DNA of 63,199 nucleotides, counting the filler, from Octopus bimaculoides (taxonomy: Eukaryota), in assembly GCF_001194135.2 (NCBI RefSeq). It is 5 parts of 4 records of this genome, joined end to end, with 100 filler letters (N's around TTAATTAATTAA, not from the genome) between each part and the next. Parts side by side here need not be neighbours in the genome. Positions count along the whole stretch, not along the records: positions 60,835 to 63,199 come from NC_068989.1; 4 more parts are not named here. One strand, 5' to 3'. The translations under genes and the position numbers were made by a program. Positions 63,071-63,199 of this stretch are shown here, piece by piece. Position 1 is the stretch's first letter. Each line of letters begins with the position of its first letter. Under the pieces are notes generated by a model. It saw nothing but the letters and a program-made list of their open reading frames with translations, made no database searches and was not told the DNA's origin.

Positions 63071-63199
63071 GGTTAAGAAATAGTTTGAGTAATCACGATT
63101 CATGTGACCAGCGAGGGGTAAGGAGAAAAAGTGGTAGAAGGAGAAAAAAGGGGAGGAAGTAGAAAATAGGTGAGCAACAAGAGACAGGGAGGATATATA

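Overview
This is AT-rich, repeat-saturated eukaryotic DNA from an intron or intergenic region. The SINE families and microsatellite load resemble a coleoid cephalopod, probably Octopus (inference from recognition, not a search). I could not support any host protein-coding exon, real tRNA or rRNA. Most ORF-track entries are microsatellite or N-gap artefacts; the protein-like ones are decayed transposon fragments. Identifiable elements: (i) many R4/Dong-type RLE non-LTR retrotransposon remnants stacked in (TAA)n tracts (1-1.3 kb, 28-32 kb), plus a long decayed copy (49.8-52.7 kb); (ii) RTE LINE remnants (18.7-24.8 kb) and a Tx1/L1-like 3' end; (iii) two Penelope-like (PLE) RT remnants and hammerhead-ribozyme motifs; (iv) at least four tRNA-derived SINE families; (v) mariner-, hAT- and piggyBac-type MITEs and long fold-back elements, one with a (CCCTAA)n core; (vi) a 20-bp minisatellite. 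Four artificial N44-TTAATTAATTAA-N44 linkers split the window into five blocks whose adjacency may not be real. The best novelty candidate is a short element with a Pol III tRNA-like head, an (AAT)n spacer, a minimal hammerhead and a 3' tail that also occurs, inverted, fused to a Penelope RT. It may be a Penelope-mobilised, ribozyme-bearing SINE.
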